From IMG/VR virus record IMGVR_UViG_3300009376_000006: 20,000 bases of DNA; one strand, given 5' to 3'. Shown here in pieces: positions 8,353-15,906 of this stretch (position 1 is the first letter of the stretch; every line of letters begins with the position of its first letter). The notes under the pieces are model-generated. The model was given only the letters and a program-made list of their open reading frames with translations, was not told the DNA's origin and did not search any database. The stretch is from an uncultured virus (IMG/VR IMGVR_UViG_3300009376_000006) (lineage: Duplodnaviria > Heunggongvirae > Uroviricota > Caudoviricetes). Made by a program: the position numbers and the translations under genes.

Positions 8353-8353
8353 C

Positions 8354-8740
8354 ATGACCCTAAGCGAAGAAGCACGAGAGTTCAACGAGCGACAGAAGAG
8401 GTACAAGGAGCAGGAGCACCTGCACAAGTACACGGCCGGGGCCGACCACCGGGAGACGATGGAGGCTCTCAGCAAGATTGAGGAGGCCCTCCTGAGGATC
8501 AACGGTCTGCTGAATCGGATCGTTGAGCAGCAGGACGACCGCCAGCGCCAGTTCCGCACGCCCTATCGGACCCAGCGTTCCAGCCACGAGTGGGTGCCCT
8601 ACTTCGATGACTACGGAGGGCACTACCGGACTCCCTACCGTCGTCCCGCCCCGGGCTCGCACCCCCGCCACGAGACCGACACCTTCGATCAGGGACAGAC
8701 CGAGGGGACCGTCCCGCCGGAGGACCCCCATGAGTTGTGA
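8354..8740 (+). CDS. Hypothetical coiled-coil protein, 128 aa
   Basis: GAGGAG SD; starts 1 nt after the previous stop. Confidence 0.7.
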   Translation: MTLSEEAREFNERQKRYKEQEHLHKYTAGADHRETMEALSKIEEALLRINGLLNRIVEQQDDRQRQFRTPYRTQRSSHEWVPYFDDYGGHYRTPYRRPAPGSHPRHETDTFDQGQTEGTVPPEDPHEL

Positions 8741-8984
8741 GCGGGACGACCTCTCCTCGCTGTACTGGGGCGGTGCTGTGGTTACCACCACGATGATGGT
8801 CGCCACCAACGAGGCCGCCGACACCTACCGCACGCCGTTCGGCTACAAAAGCGTCTGGAAGATCGACGGCGAGGACCCTAGGGGAGTCAAGGGCAAGGCG
8901 GGCCAGAGTCGCACCTTCCCCCGCACGGACACGCCCCCTCCCCGGAAGGTCCAGTCCAAGCGCAAGTACCGCCGGGCCTCCTGA
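8730..8984 (+). CDS. Basic hypothetical protein, about 84 aa (start uncertain)
   Basis: GGAGG SD before ATG 8730. Confidence 0.5.
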   Translation: MSCERDDLSSLYWGGAVVTTTMMVATNEAADTYRTPFGYKSVWKIDGEDPRGVKGKAGQSRTFPRTDTPPPRKVQSKRKYRRAS

Positions 8985-9074
8985 ACCCCGTCGGACAGGG
9001 ACCCCCCGGCCGACCCTAAACAGAGAACAAACATCACACGTACATTCAGAGGCGCTTAAAGGAGCACTAGACAC

Positions 9075-9353
9075 ATGCCGAATACCATACACACGCACGC
9101 CGACCCGATGACCCTCACGCTCACGCTGAGCGTGGACCTCGGACGGGAGGAGGAACTGCACCGGGAGTGGGAGGAGCACGAGACCTCGCCCCGGCCCTTC
9201 CATGACGAGGCGATCCTGCGAGCCATGGAACTGGTGGGCTTCTTCGTGGATCAGGGGTCCATCGACATCGGGGGCTGGGAGATGGCCGTGGACGGGGGCT
9301 GGGTCTCCCTGAACCGGACGGTCGTGGAGCGTGGCCCGGACGGGCCGTTCTAG
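9075..9353 (+). CDS. Hypothetical protein, 92 aa
   Basis: AAGGAG SD upstream. Confidence 0.7.
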   Translation: MPNTIHTHADPMTLTLTLSVDLGREEELHREWEEHETSPRPFHDEAILRAMELVGFFVDQGSIDIGGWEMAVDGGWVSLNRTVVERGPDGPF

Positions 9354-9358
9354 GCCCC

Positions 9359-9413
9359 GAGAAGAAATCTGAAGTTGGGGGTTGCGCCGCCGAACCCACG
9401 GTGGTAAAACATT
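9359..9413 (+). promoter_or_regulatory. Second copy of the GAGAAGAAATC..GGGGTTGCGC promoter
   Basis: TTGCGC at 9382-9387 and TGG-TAAAAC 17 nt later (imperfect -10); AAGGAG SD before ATG 9453. Confidence 0.55.
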
Positions 9414-9452
9414 CACTGTCAGAACATCGGCTACCTACAAGGAGACGAACGA

Positions 9453-10517
9453 ATGAGCCGAGAGACCATGGAATGGCTGAACCGCAACGTGCTGGTCGGC
9501 TTCACCGAGAAGAGGGGCACGGCGTGGCACTACCGCCTGTCCGAGCAGGGCGACGAGCCCAACCACTACAACGGTGCCATCCCCGTCGATGACGTGGAGC
9601 GGCGCCTGTTCCACTGGAGCGCCCGCTCCTACCCCGTGACCATCACCGTGGAGACCACGGTGGAGGACCCGAACATCGACGGGCTGGACGACGAGACCGG
9701 CCTCCCGGTCAAGCACGTCACGCTGGACGACTGGCAGGCCATCGGCCGTGACGACACCAACGAGGTGTTCAAGGTGTTCAAGTCCGGCTACCGCATCCAC
9801 CAGTACGACGAGTGGCTGCTGGAGACGGTGGCGAACTTGGTCGATGACGACGACATCGCCATCGCCAGCGCCGGGCTCCTCCAGAACGGTGGCGTGGCGT
9901 GGGTGTCCATCGAGATGCCCGAGAGCATCCAGACCCCTCAGGGGTTCGACGTGCGGCCCCAGTTGCTCGCCACCACGAGCCACAACGGCACGCTGGCGAC
10001 CACGTTCAAGCAGACGGCCACCGCCGTCGTCTGCGACAACACGCTCCAGTGGGGCCTGTCGGGGAAGGGCCAGATGTTCAAGGCCCGCCACAGCAAGCAC
10101 TCGGGCTTCCGCCTCCAGACCGCCCGTGAGGCTCTGGACATCGTCCACGTCGCCGGGGGTGATGTCATAGAAGAGATTGAGCGCTTGTCGAACATCAAGG
10201 TCAGCGACGCCCAGTACACCCGGCTCGTCAAGACCATCTACCCGGTGCCCTCGCTGGAGACCTCCAACGACGCCGGGGTGACCCGGGCCAAGAACAAGCA
10301 GTCCCGGCTCAACACCCTCTGGCTGGAGGACGAGCGGGTGGTCCCGTGGAAGGGCACCGCCCTCGGCGTGTTGCAGGCCATCAACACCTTCAACCACCAC
10401 TACGTCGGCACCGACAAGAGCCGGGCCGAGCGGAACATGCTCAACGCCCTCAACGGCAAGACCCAGAAGAACGACGAGATGGTCATGTCGCTCCTGACGG
10501 ACATCGTCGCCGCCTGA
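9453..10517 (+). CDS. DUF932 / TIGR03299 phage-plasmid family protein, 354 aa
   Basis: SAGLLQNGGVAWV, LLATTSHNGT, TAVVCDNTL, ARHS and KGTALGVLQAINTFNHH match the DUF932 pattern. Confidence 0.9.
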   Translation: MSRETMEWLNRNVLVGFTEKRGTAWHYRLSEQGDEPNHYNGAIPVDDVERRLFHWSARSYPVTITVETTVEDPNIDGLDDETGLPVKHVTLDDWQAIGRDDTNEVFKVFKSGYRIHQYDEWLLETVANLVDDDDIAIASAGLLQNGGVAWVSIEMPESIQTPQGFDVRPQLLATTSHNGTLATTFKQTATAVVCDNTLQWGLSGKGQMFKARHSKHSGFRLQTAREALDIVHVAGGDVIEEIERLSNIKVSDAQYTRLVKTIYPVPSLETSNDAGVTRAKNKQSRLNTLWLEDERVVPWKGTALGVLQAINTFNHHYVGTDKSRAERNMLNALNGKTQKNDEMVMSLLTDIVAA

Positions 10518-10660
10518 TAGCAGCGGGTTGGCCCGGGGCTCCCCCACCCCGGGCCTTCCCGGTGCCCTCGGGTACCACACAACAGAACAGGGAGAGGTCC
10601 CAGAGTCGTGGCCTCTGTCGCATCCGTCCTGAGCACGACGATAAACTGCTCACCCTACCT

Positions 10661-10822
10661 ATGAGTACTGACAACGAAGAGAAGCCCAAGACCCGGCTCC
10701 GAGGGATGGTCCGCTGCGAGGAATGCGGCTGGTACATCGGTCGGAACATGCTCCGACGCACCGAGGGGCAGTGCTGCGTCTGCGACCACGACATGACCAA
10801 GCAGGAGAACTACAAACGATGA
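10661..10822 (+). CDS. Small Zn-finger protein, 53 aa
   Basis: CEEC and CCVC; ATGA-coupled to the next gene. Confidence 0.6.
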   Translation: MSTDNEEKPKTRLRGMVRCEECGWYIGRNMLRRTEGQCCVCDHDMTKQENYKR

Positions 10823-11061
10823 AGTACGACGACGATGCGGTCCAGCGATGGGCCGCCCAGCGAGAGCAAGAGAAGTACGTCAAGCACCCGGAGCACTGCC
10901 CGAAGTGCGACAGCGGCCGCATCAGTGCGACGCCTGATCTGGAGGGCGGCGGCGGTGGCGACCCGTTGCAGGTCTGGCAGGAGATCACGTGTCTTGACTG
11001 CGGGGCCCAGTGGCGGGACATCTACATCCTGACCGGGTTCCAGATGGTGGAGGGGGCCTGA
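10819..11061 (+). CDS. Zn-ribbon protein, 80 aa
   Basis: AGGAG SD; CPKC and CLDC..W; TGATG coupling to the next gene. Confidence 0.8.
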   Translation: MKYDDDAVQRWAAQREQEKYVKHPEHCPKCDSGRISATPDLEGGGGGDPLQVWQEITCLDCGAQWRDIYILTGFQMVEGA

Positions 11062-11306
11062 TGGACACCTTCGGTGACTTCGTGACCGACTACCACCAGC
11101 GCATCGGCATCGACAACGACAGGTACGGCTGGCGACCGGGCCAGACCCTGTTCAACATGCTGCTGGAGCGCCGACCCGATCTCGCTGAGATCGTGCGTGG
11201 AACTCGGCGTGATCCGTTCTATCATCAGCACATCCGGCCCCACGTGTGGACCTTCTTGGAGGAGCACTGGGACTGGCACAACACCAACAACAAAGGAAAC
11301 GAATAA
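11061..11306 (+). CDS. Conserved small phage protein (RxGQxxFN..P..A..RGT..DPFY type), 81 aa
   Basis: GGAGG SD; TGATG overlap; familiar phage motif. Confidence 0.8.
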   Translation: MDTFGDFVTDYHQRIGIDNDRYGWRPGQTLFNMLLERRPDLAEIVRGTRRDPFYHQHIRPHVWTFLEEHWDWHNTNNKGNE

Positions 11307-11308
11307 CG

Positions 11309-11848
11309 ATGAAGCACAAAGACATCCAGCCGAACACCATCTACCAGATGGTCTCCGGCAACTGGAGGAGGGAGGAGTACCTCCTGACGACCGACGACAT
11401 CTCCGCTGTGCGCTTGGGCTACGGCGGGGCGAAGAACGGCATCCGGGCCCTGCCCGTCCGCTGGAACTGGGACGAGCAGGTCTACAAGGTCAGCGAGAAC
11501 CAAGTTCGTCACTACTACCTCCGCACGGTCCAGACCGTGAGGAACGGCGAGCAGACCGTCACCGACCTCGCTGGTCTGATGCAACTCAGGGCCGACGACG
11601 CCGAGCGTGAGCGTGAGCGCCTTGAGCAGGTTGAGGCCCGCCGTCTGACCCTTACGTCCGCCCGTGAGGCCCTGAAGGAGGAGATCGACAACCTCTCCGA
11701 CACCACGAAGGCGCTGCTGGGCGGGATGCCGCCGTACCCCTCGGTGCGCTACTCCCACCCCGAGTGCGAGGTCATCCTCCGGCTGGAGGACTTCCGTAGG
11801 ATCAACTCCTTCGTGCGGCGTGCCGCCGAGGCCGGGGTGACCCCGTGA
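11309..11848 (+). CDS. Hypothetical protein with coiled coil, 179 aa
   Basis: AAAGGA SD; GTGA coupling to the next gene. Confidence 0.75.
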   Translation: MKHKDIQPNTIYQMVSGNWRREEYLLTTDDISAVRLGYGGAKNGIRALPVRWNWDEQVYKVSENQVRHYYLRTVQTVRNGEQTVTDLAGLMQLRADDAERERERLEQVEARRLTLTSAREALKEEIDNLSDTTKALLGGMPPYPSVRYSHPECEVILRLEDFRRINSFVRRAAEAGVTP

Positions 11849-12204
11849 GCCTCCACGACCTCGCTGCCGAGGTGGCCCGGCTGGACCGTGCCGCCAAGAC
11901 CGCCGAGGCCAACCTCAAGCAGGCCAAGGAGAAGATGATCGCCGCCATGGACGAGGCCGACGTGGACAAGGTCGTGACGACCTCGGGCAAGGCCACGGTC
12001 ACCCTCGTGAACGGCGAGCGCCTGAGCGTTGACTATGACGCTCTGGAGAATCTCGCTCCAGAATCCGTCTCGGAAATCCGTGTCCGAAAGGTGGACCTTG
12101 ACCTGTTCCGTGCGGCGGTCATGTCGGGGACCATCGACGGGTCGGTCGCTGAGGCCGTGAGCCGGACCGCCACGTACCGTCAGGTGAGGGTGACCCGCAA
12201 GTAG
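11845..12204 (+). CDS. Hypothetical phage protein with N-terminal coiled coil, 119 aa
   Basis: Last rightward gene; followed by a terminator. Confidence 0.8.
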   Translation: MSLHDLAAEVARLDRAAKTAEANLKQAKEKMIAAMDEADVDKVVTTSGKATVTLVNGERLSVDYDALENLAPESVSEIRVRKVDLDLFRAAVMSGTIDGSVAEAVSRTATYRQVRVTRK

Positions 12205-12236
12205 GAGTACTCTCATCTGCCATACGTCCGTATGAG

Positions 12237-12274
12237 GCGCCCCGTGAAGCAAGCCGCTTTATGGGGCGCTTTAT
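12237..12274 (+). terminator. Intrinsic terminator of the rightward block
   Basis: 14-bp stem GCGCCCCGUGAAGC/GCUUUAUGGGGCGC, 5-nt loop, then UUUAU. Confidence 0.7.
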
Positions 12275-12357
12275 ACGTGTACGCACGCCCTGCGCGCCTG
12301 CACCCGCACGCTCCTGCGTGCGCGCACGTGCGCCTGCGCCCGCGTGCGCGGGAGGGG

Positions 12358-12425
12358 CGAACAGGTGTTCGGGGCGAACAGGTGTTCGATCATCGAACGT
12401 ATGTTCGGGGCGAACGTATGTTCGA
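12358..12425. promoter_or_regulatory. Four tandem LexA (SOS/Cheo) boxes CGAAC-N4-GTTCG
   Basis: Boxes start at 12358, 12375, 12394 and 12411 (spacers AGGT, AGGT, GTAT, GTAT) and match the actinobacterial consensus TCGAAC-N4-GTTCGA. Confidence 0.8.
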
Positions 12426-12468
12426 TTGGCCGTCGGCAGCGGCCCCGGGGCCTGCCCCCGTGGGCCCA

Positions 12469-12587
12469 GAACCCCCTGAGACCGCCACAGAGCCTCTCTG
12501 GCGGCCTCCGGGGGGTGCTCCGGGGGGTTACCCCCAGAACGGGGGTGGAGGCCGTCAGACGGGCTGTGTGGCCGTCTGAGAGGATTC
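12469..12587. repeat. ~118-bp imperfect palindrome, copy A
   Basis: Inner arms TCTGGCGGCCTCC / GGAGGCCGTCAGA; similar to 19768-19885. Confidence 0.7.
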
Positions 12588-12687
12588 GCCCTCCTCGGCC
12601 CCCCGGGGGAGGGCGTGCATCCTGTGTCATCCTGTTCCCTTTCGTTCCATCTCGTGCTATTACAGTCCCCTGTCATTACTTCTGTTC

Positions 12688-12805
12688 CGATCCCCTGAGA
12701 GCGCCGCACAGCCTTCCTGAGGGCCTCGGGCCCCTGTCCGGTACCCGGGCCCAGACCGGCCCCCTGTGGCCCTCAGGGGGCCCCTGTGGCCGTCTCAGGG
12801 GATCG
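12688..12805. repeat. ~118-bp imperfect palindrome, copy B
   Basis: Perfect terminal IR CGATCCCCTGAGA / TCTCAGGGGATCG and inner CCTGAGGGCC / GGCCCTCAGG. Confidence 0.7.
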
Positions 12806-12892
12806 TGGTCCCTGAGCCCTGCCAGCACTCACCACAACGGTGTGAGATTCTGAGCGGATTCGGCCACTCTCCGTGGTCAGGCTCCAGACCCC

Positions 12893-12939
12893 AAAACGAC
12901 GACAGCCCCCACCGCCGCTGGGGCGATGGGGGCTACGTC
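12893..12939 (-). terminator. Intrinsic terminator of the leftward operon
   Basis: 13-bp stem AGCCCCCAUCGCC/GGCGGUGGGGGCU followed by GUCGUCGUUUU, just after the stop at 12948. Confidence 0.7.
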
Positions 12940-12947
12940 TGTGGGTG

Positions 12948-13157
12948 TCAGGTCACGACCTCCACGCCGAGGGCGTCGAAGAGGCCGTGGAGGTTCGACA
13001 GGAGGCGGGCCATCTCGATCCACTCCTGCTGATCGGCCCCCCGGGCAGGAAACCAGACGACCCGGTCGTTCAGGACGGTGACGAGGGACTCGGCCTCGGC
13101 CTCGTCCAGCACGATGACGGTCGTCCCGTCCGGGGTGCTCGTGACCTCGGCCATCAC
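12948..13157 (-). CDS. Hypothetical protein, 69 aa
   Basis: GGAGG SD; GTGA overlap with the upstream gene. Confidence 0.7.
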   Translation of the reverse strand: MMAEVTSTPDGTTVIVLDEAEAESLVTVLNDRVVWFPARGADQQEWIEMARLLSNLHGLFDALGVEVVT

Positions 13158-13330
13158 TTGACCTCCCTGACCTCAAGACCGAGGTGGCGGGCGGCCCGCA
13201 GGGCTCGCTCGTTCAGGGTCTTGGCCCGGATGAGGTCGGCCAGCACCAAGGCGGCGGTGCTGACCGGGTAGTGGAGCGTTCGCCCGTAGACCTCACGGGA
13301 CCGGTACTCCACGACGTGGGTGCTCTCCAT
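13154..13330 (-). CDS. Small phage protein (VYG..YP..A..L...KTL...LG type), 58 aa
   Basis: GAGGAGG SD 5 nt before ATG 13330. Confidence 0.8.
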   Translation of the reverse strand: MESTHVVEYRSREVYGRTLHYPVSTAALVLADLIRAKTLNERALRAARHLGLEVREVK

Positions 13331-13370
13331 GAGAGCCTCCTCTCTGTCTGCGGCCACCGGGCGGTGGCCG

Positions 13371-13414
13371 TCGTCCCTGCCCGGGGCTCGCACCCGGGTG
13401 CCTGCTGGTCAGGG
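13371..13414 (-). ncRNA. tRNA-like intergenic element 1
   Basis: CCCUG-A-CCAGCAGG-CA-CCCGGG[UGCGAGC]CCCGGG-CAGGG-ACGA, then hairpin 13351-13370 and leader CAGACAGAGAGGAGG. Confidence 0.7.
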
Positions 13415-13423
13415 GTCTCGTGG

Positions 13424-13942
13424 TCAGGCGTAGTCGGCGTTCCCGGTCAGGTGCCACGGCAACTGGTCGATGCCGTAGGACTGGGCGATCTCCCAGAACC
13501 ACAACTGCGGCAGCGTCGTCTCCTCCGGGCCCACCGAGGTGCCGGTGCCCGTGAGCCTCCAACTCATCAGGCCGTCGGCCCGGTCGTACTCACGGACGAC
13601 GAGGCCGAGCGCACGGGCGTACGCCCGCTGGTAGTGGCGCTCGATCTGCGCCTCGGACCAGTTCCGCATCATGGTCCACTCCGAGTCGCCTCGGAAGGCA
13701 CCCTCCACTCGGCACCCGGCCATCCACGCCTTGTGCTCGGCGGCCAGCGCCCTGCGGGCGAGGGTCGTGTAGGCCACGACCTCGTGGCCCAGCGCCCGCC
13801 GCTGCCGGGCGTGCCGACGGCACAGGGCCACGAACCGGGCGGGGCTGTGCGGGATGAACTCCCGGTGGGTGGCCTTGCCACCCTCGTAGCAGCAGGTCGT
13901 CACCAGATAGGTGGGCCAGCCGTCTCTCATCAGATTGCACAT
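13424..13942 (-). CDS. Hypothetical protein, 172 aa
   Basis: Bounded by elements 2 and 1; purine-rich leader before ATG. Confidence 0.7.
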   Translation of the reverse strand: MCNLMRDGWPTYLVTTCCYEGGKATHREFIPHSPARFVALCRRHARQRRALGHEVVAYTTLARRALAAEHKAWMAGCRVEGAFRGDSEWTMMRNWSEAQIERHYQRAYARALGLVVREYDRADGLMSWRLTGTGTSVGPEETTLPQLWFWEIAQSYGIDQLPWHLTGNADYA

Positions 13943-13981
13943 CTGTCTGTCTCTCTCTGTCTGTCCCGGCCTGCGCCGGGA

Positions 13982-14032
13982 TCGTCCCCTGCGGCCTCAC
14001 GAAGGCCGACGCCCGGCGGTCCGGGTCAGGGG
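13982..14032 (-). ncRNA. tRNA-like intergenic element 2
   Basis: CCCCUG-A-CCCGG(ACCG)CCGGG-CGU-CGGCC[UUCGUGA]GGCCG-CAGGGG-ACGA, then hairpin UCCCGGC/GCCGGGA. Confidence 0.75.
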
Positions 14033-14040
14033 TCTCTTGG

Positions 14041-14400
14041 TCAGGAGGGCTGCTGGCTGCGCCTGCGCCTCCAGAGCACCTCACGCATCTCGCGCCGTCC
14101 GGGCCCGAGGCGTGGGCCCGCCGGGGTCCCCACACGAGAACGGATGGCGGTGCCGGTGACCTCGGGCTCGGGCTTGGTCCCCCGGTGCCCGGGAGTCTCG
14201 TCGTCGGTGTCTTGATCGAAGAGGCAGTCCTCGGGGGTGTCGAACAGGACGCTGTCGGTCTCCGAGGGTCGGAACCACCACCACCCGTCCGGCGCTTTGC
14301 CGTGAGGGAACCTAGGGAGCCGGTCCGTTCGGCGGGACCGGGTGCGACGCCAGCCCTTCCTGACCGTGTTGGGGGCGTGGTGCCTGTCGTAGGCGTCCAT
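14041..14400 (-). CDS. Hypothetical Arg-rich protein, 119 aa
   Basis: GAGGAGG SD; TGATG coupling; stop 8 nt before element 2. Confidence 0.6.
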   Translation of the reverse strand: MDAYDRHHAPNTVRKGWRRTRSRRTDRLPRFPHGKAPDGWWWFRPSETDSVLFDTPEDCLFDQDTDDETPGHRGTKPEPEVTGTAIRSRVGTPAGPRLGPGRREMREVLWRRRRSQQPS

Positions 14401-14525
14401 CAGTCCTCCTCCTCACAGTTCAGGCAGAGGCGGTTCTCCGAGTCGTCGGGCTGGTGGAACGTGTCGCCACACTCGGCGCAGCCGAAGGCCACGATGCGGT
14501 GGACGGGATAGTTCTCCATCTCCAT
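14400..14525 (-). CDS. Small Zn-finger protein, 41 aa (MEMENYPVHRIVAFGCAECGDTFHQPDDSENRLCLNCEEED)
   Basis: Not in the ORF track. Follows the element 3 leader, has two CxxC motifs and TGATG coupling. Confidence 0.7.
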   Translation of the reverse strand: MEMENYPVHRIVAFGCAECGDTFHQPDDSENRLCLNCEEED

Positions 14526-14560
14526 CTCTCTCTCTGTCTGCCACCGGCCGGTGCCGGTGA

Positions 14561-14609
14561 TCGTCCCCCGCCCGGTCGTGAACCGGCGCTGCCCGAGGCA
14601 GAGCGAGGG
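14561..14609 (-). ncRNA. tRNA-like intergenic element 3
   Basis: CCCUCGC-U-CUGCC(UCG)GGCAG-CG-CCGG[UUCACGA]CCGG-GCGGGGG-ACGA, then hairpin UCACCGGC/GCCGGUGG. Confidence 0.75.
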
Positions 14610-14616
14610 GGGTAGT

Positions 14617-14865
14617 TCAATCGTGGGACACCTGCTGGCCGCAGGAGCGCCCGTGGCTGAGGTAGGTGGTTCCGCAGTCGCACTTCACCCACCACTCGTC
14701 GTTGAAGACGCACAGCCACGCTCCCCCGCCGACGTACTCATCAACGGTCGTGGTCTGGGCCGGGTCGAACGACCACAGCATGTCCACCTTCGTGAGGTGC
14801 GGGAACAACTGCCCTCCACGGTGCTCCAGCCAGACGCCCTGCGTGTTCTCGGCCACGGCGGTCAT
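14617..14865 (-). CDS. Hypothetical protein, 82 aa (MTAVAENTQG..CDCG..C)
   Basis: TGATG-coupled to the DUF6011 gene; C-terminal part of track ORF 14617..15609. Confidence 0.7.
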   Translation of the reverse strand: MTAVAENTQGVWLEHRGGQLFPHLTKVDMLWSFDPAQTTTVDEYVGGGAWLCVFNDEWWVKCDCGTTYLSHGRSCGQQVSHD

Positions 14866-15725
14866 CAGAGGCCCAGCCTCTCGGCGCAGACAGGCCCGAT
14901 CCCGGCGGCGATGCTCTCGGCCTGCTCCAGTACCCGGTAGCAGGCACTGCACCGCCCGGTCAGGTGGCCGAAGGCCCTCATAGCGTCGGCGGGCCGGGCC
15001 ACGATCTCCCGCAGGAGGTCGGCCACGTTGCCGACGTAGAGGTGGTCGTCCGCTTCGCCACCGAGGGTGCGACGGTCGTGATCGGCGACCTGAACGACCC
15101 CGGCGTAGTCGCCGCTCCCGGGCCGCTGCCCCCCGTACCGGGCCCCGGCCCCGTACACGGCGGCGTCGTAGACGCTGAACCACCCCGAGGAGGAGAGGAC
15201 GACCCTGACCTTGCAACGGGTCAGGCCGTCCACCGGGCCCTCGGCGTGGTCCGGGTGGGCGAAGCGGGCGGTCAGGTTCCCCTGACCGGTCTCGCTCAGG
15301 AAGGGCTCCAGCGCCGACAGGTCGATGCCGGTCGGCTCGGGCGCACGGCAGGCCGGGTCGTCGGGCCGGTGGAGGGTCGTCCACTGGCCGCCCTTGACGC
15401 CCGAGAGGGCCGTGCCCGTGTCGGCCCACTGGCCGCACTTGGCGCACTTGGCCCGGCACCGGCTGGGGCCGATCCAGTCCATGTCGGCGGGCCCGGCCCA
15501 GCCCGAGGGCGGCGGCGGGGTGTCGCTGACTCCGACCGCCTTGAGGCGGTCGATGACCCTGCTCGCAGACCGGCGGTCCAAGCGGGCGACCTCGTTGGCC
15601 TCCATCCACTCGGCCACCGCCTGTGCGGGGTCGTCGCCCAGAAGGGCGAGGGCGGTCGTCCGCTCCAGCGCCAAGCGCCGGATGAGAGCGACCTGCTTCT
15701 CACTGATGAGATCGGTTCCGGCCAT
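14865..15725 (-). CDS. DUF6011-domain phage protein, 286 aa
   Basis: C-terminal GRCSACYRVLEQAESIAAGIGPVCAERL; N-terminal SEKQVALIRRL; central CAKC; GAGGAGG SD before ATG 15725. Confidence 0.8.
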   Translation of the reverse strand: MAGTDLISEKQVALIRRLALERTTALALLGDDPAQAVAEWMEANEVARLDRRSASRVIDRLKAVGVSDTPPPPSGWAGPADMDWIGPSRCRAKCAKCGQWADTGTALSGVKGGQWTTLHRPDDPACRAPEPTGIDLSALEPFLSETGQGNLTARFAHPDHAEGPVDGLTRCKVRVVLSSSGWFSVYDAAVYGAGARYGGQRPGSGDYAGVVQVADHDRRTLGGEADDHLYVGNVADLLREIVARPADAMRAFGHLTGRCSACYRVLEQAESIAAGIGPVCAERLGL

Positions 15726-15769
15726 GCCGGGACCTCCTCTCTGTTTCTGCGGACCGCTGGTGCGGCCCG

Positions 15770-15842
15770 TCGTCCCCTGCTCGGGATTCGAACCCGAGCG
15801 CCGCTGCTGACGCAACCGAGACAGCGGCGAACCGTTCAGGGG
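15770..15842 (-). ncRNA. tRNA-like intergenic element 4 (73 nt, canonical T loop)
   Basis: CCCCUG-AACGGUU-CGCCGCUG(15 nt)CAGCGGCG-CUCGGG[UUCGAAU]CCCGAG-CAGGGG-ACGA, then hairpin CGGGCCGC/GCGGUCCG. Confidence 0.8.
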
Positions 15843-15906
15843 GCCAGTGGTTGGCTGGCATCACCTCCTCTCTCTCTCTGATATCACCGACTCCAGGTCG
15901 GCGGGG

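Noticed and set aside
9435..10580. 381-aa minus-strand ORF
   Set aside because: Antisense shadow of DUF932.
12358..12425. CRISPR mini-array
   Set aside because: 14-bp palindromes separated by only 3-5 nt, with no unique spacers and no cas genes; LexA boxes fit better.
12119..13271. ORFs across the convergent gap (12119..12709, 12232..12579, 12344..12853 and others)
   Set aside because: They translate repeats and palindromes into Arg/Pro/Gly-rich sequence, lack SDs and mostly lie beyond the terminators.
15770..15842. Functional tRNA gene
   Set aside because: 6-bp acceptor, no D stem, no clean anticodon stem-loop, ends ACGA, and belongs to the repeat family.
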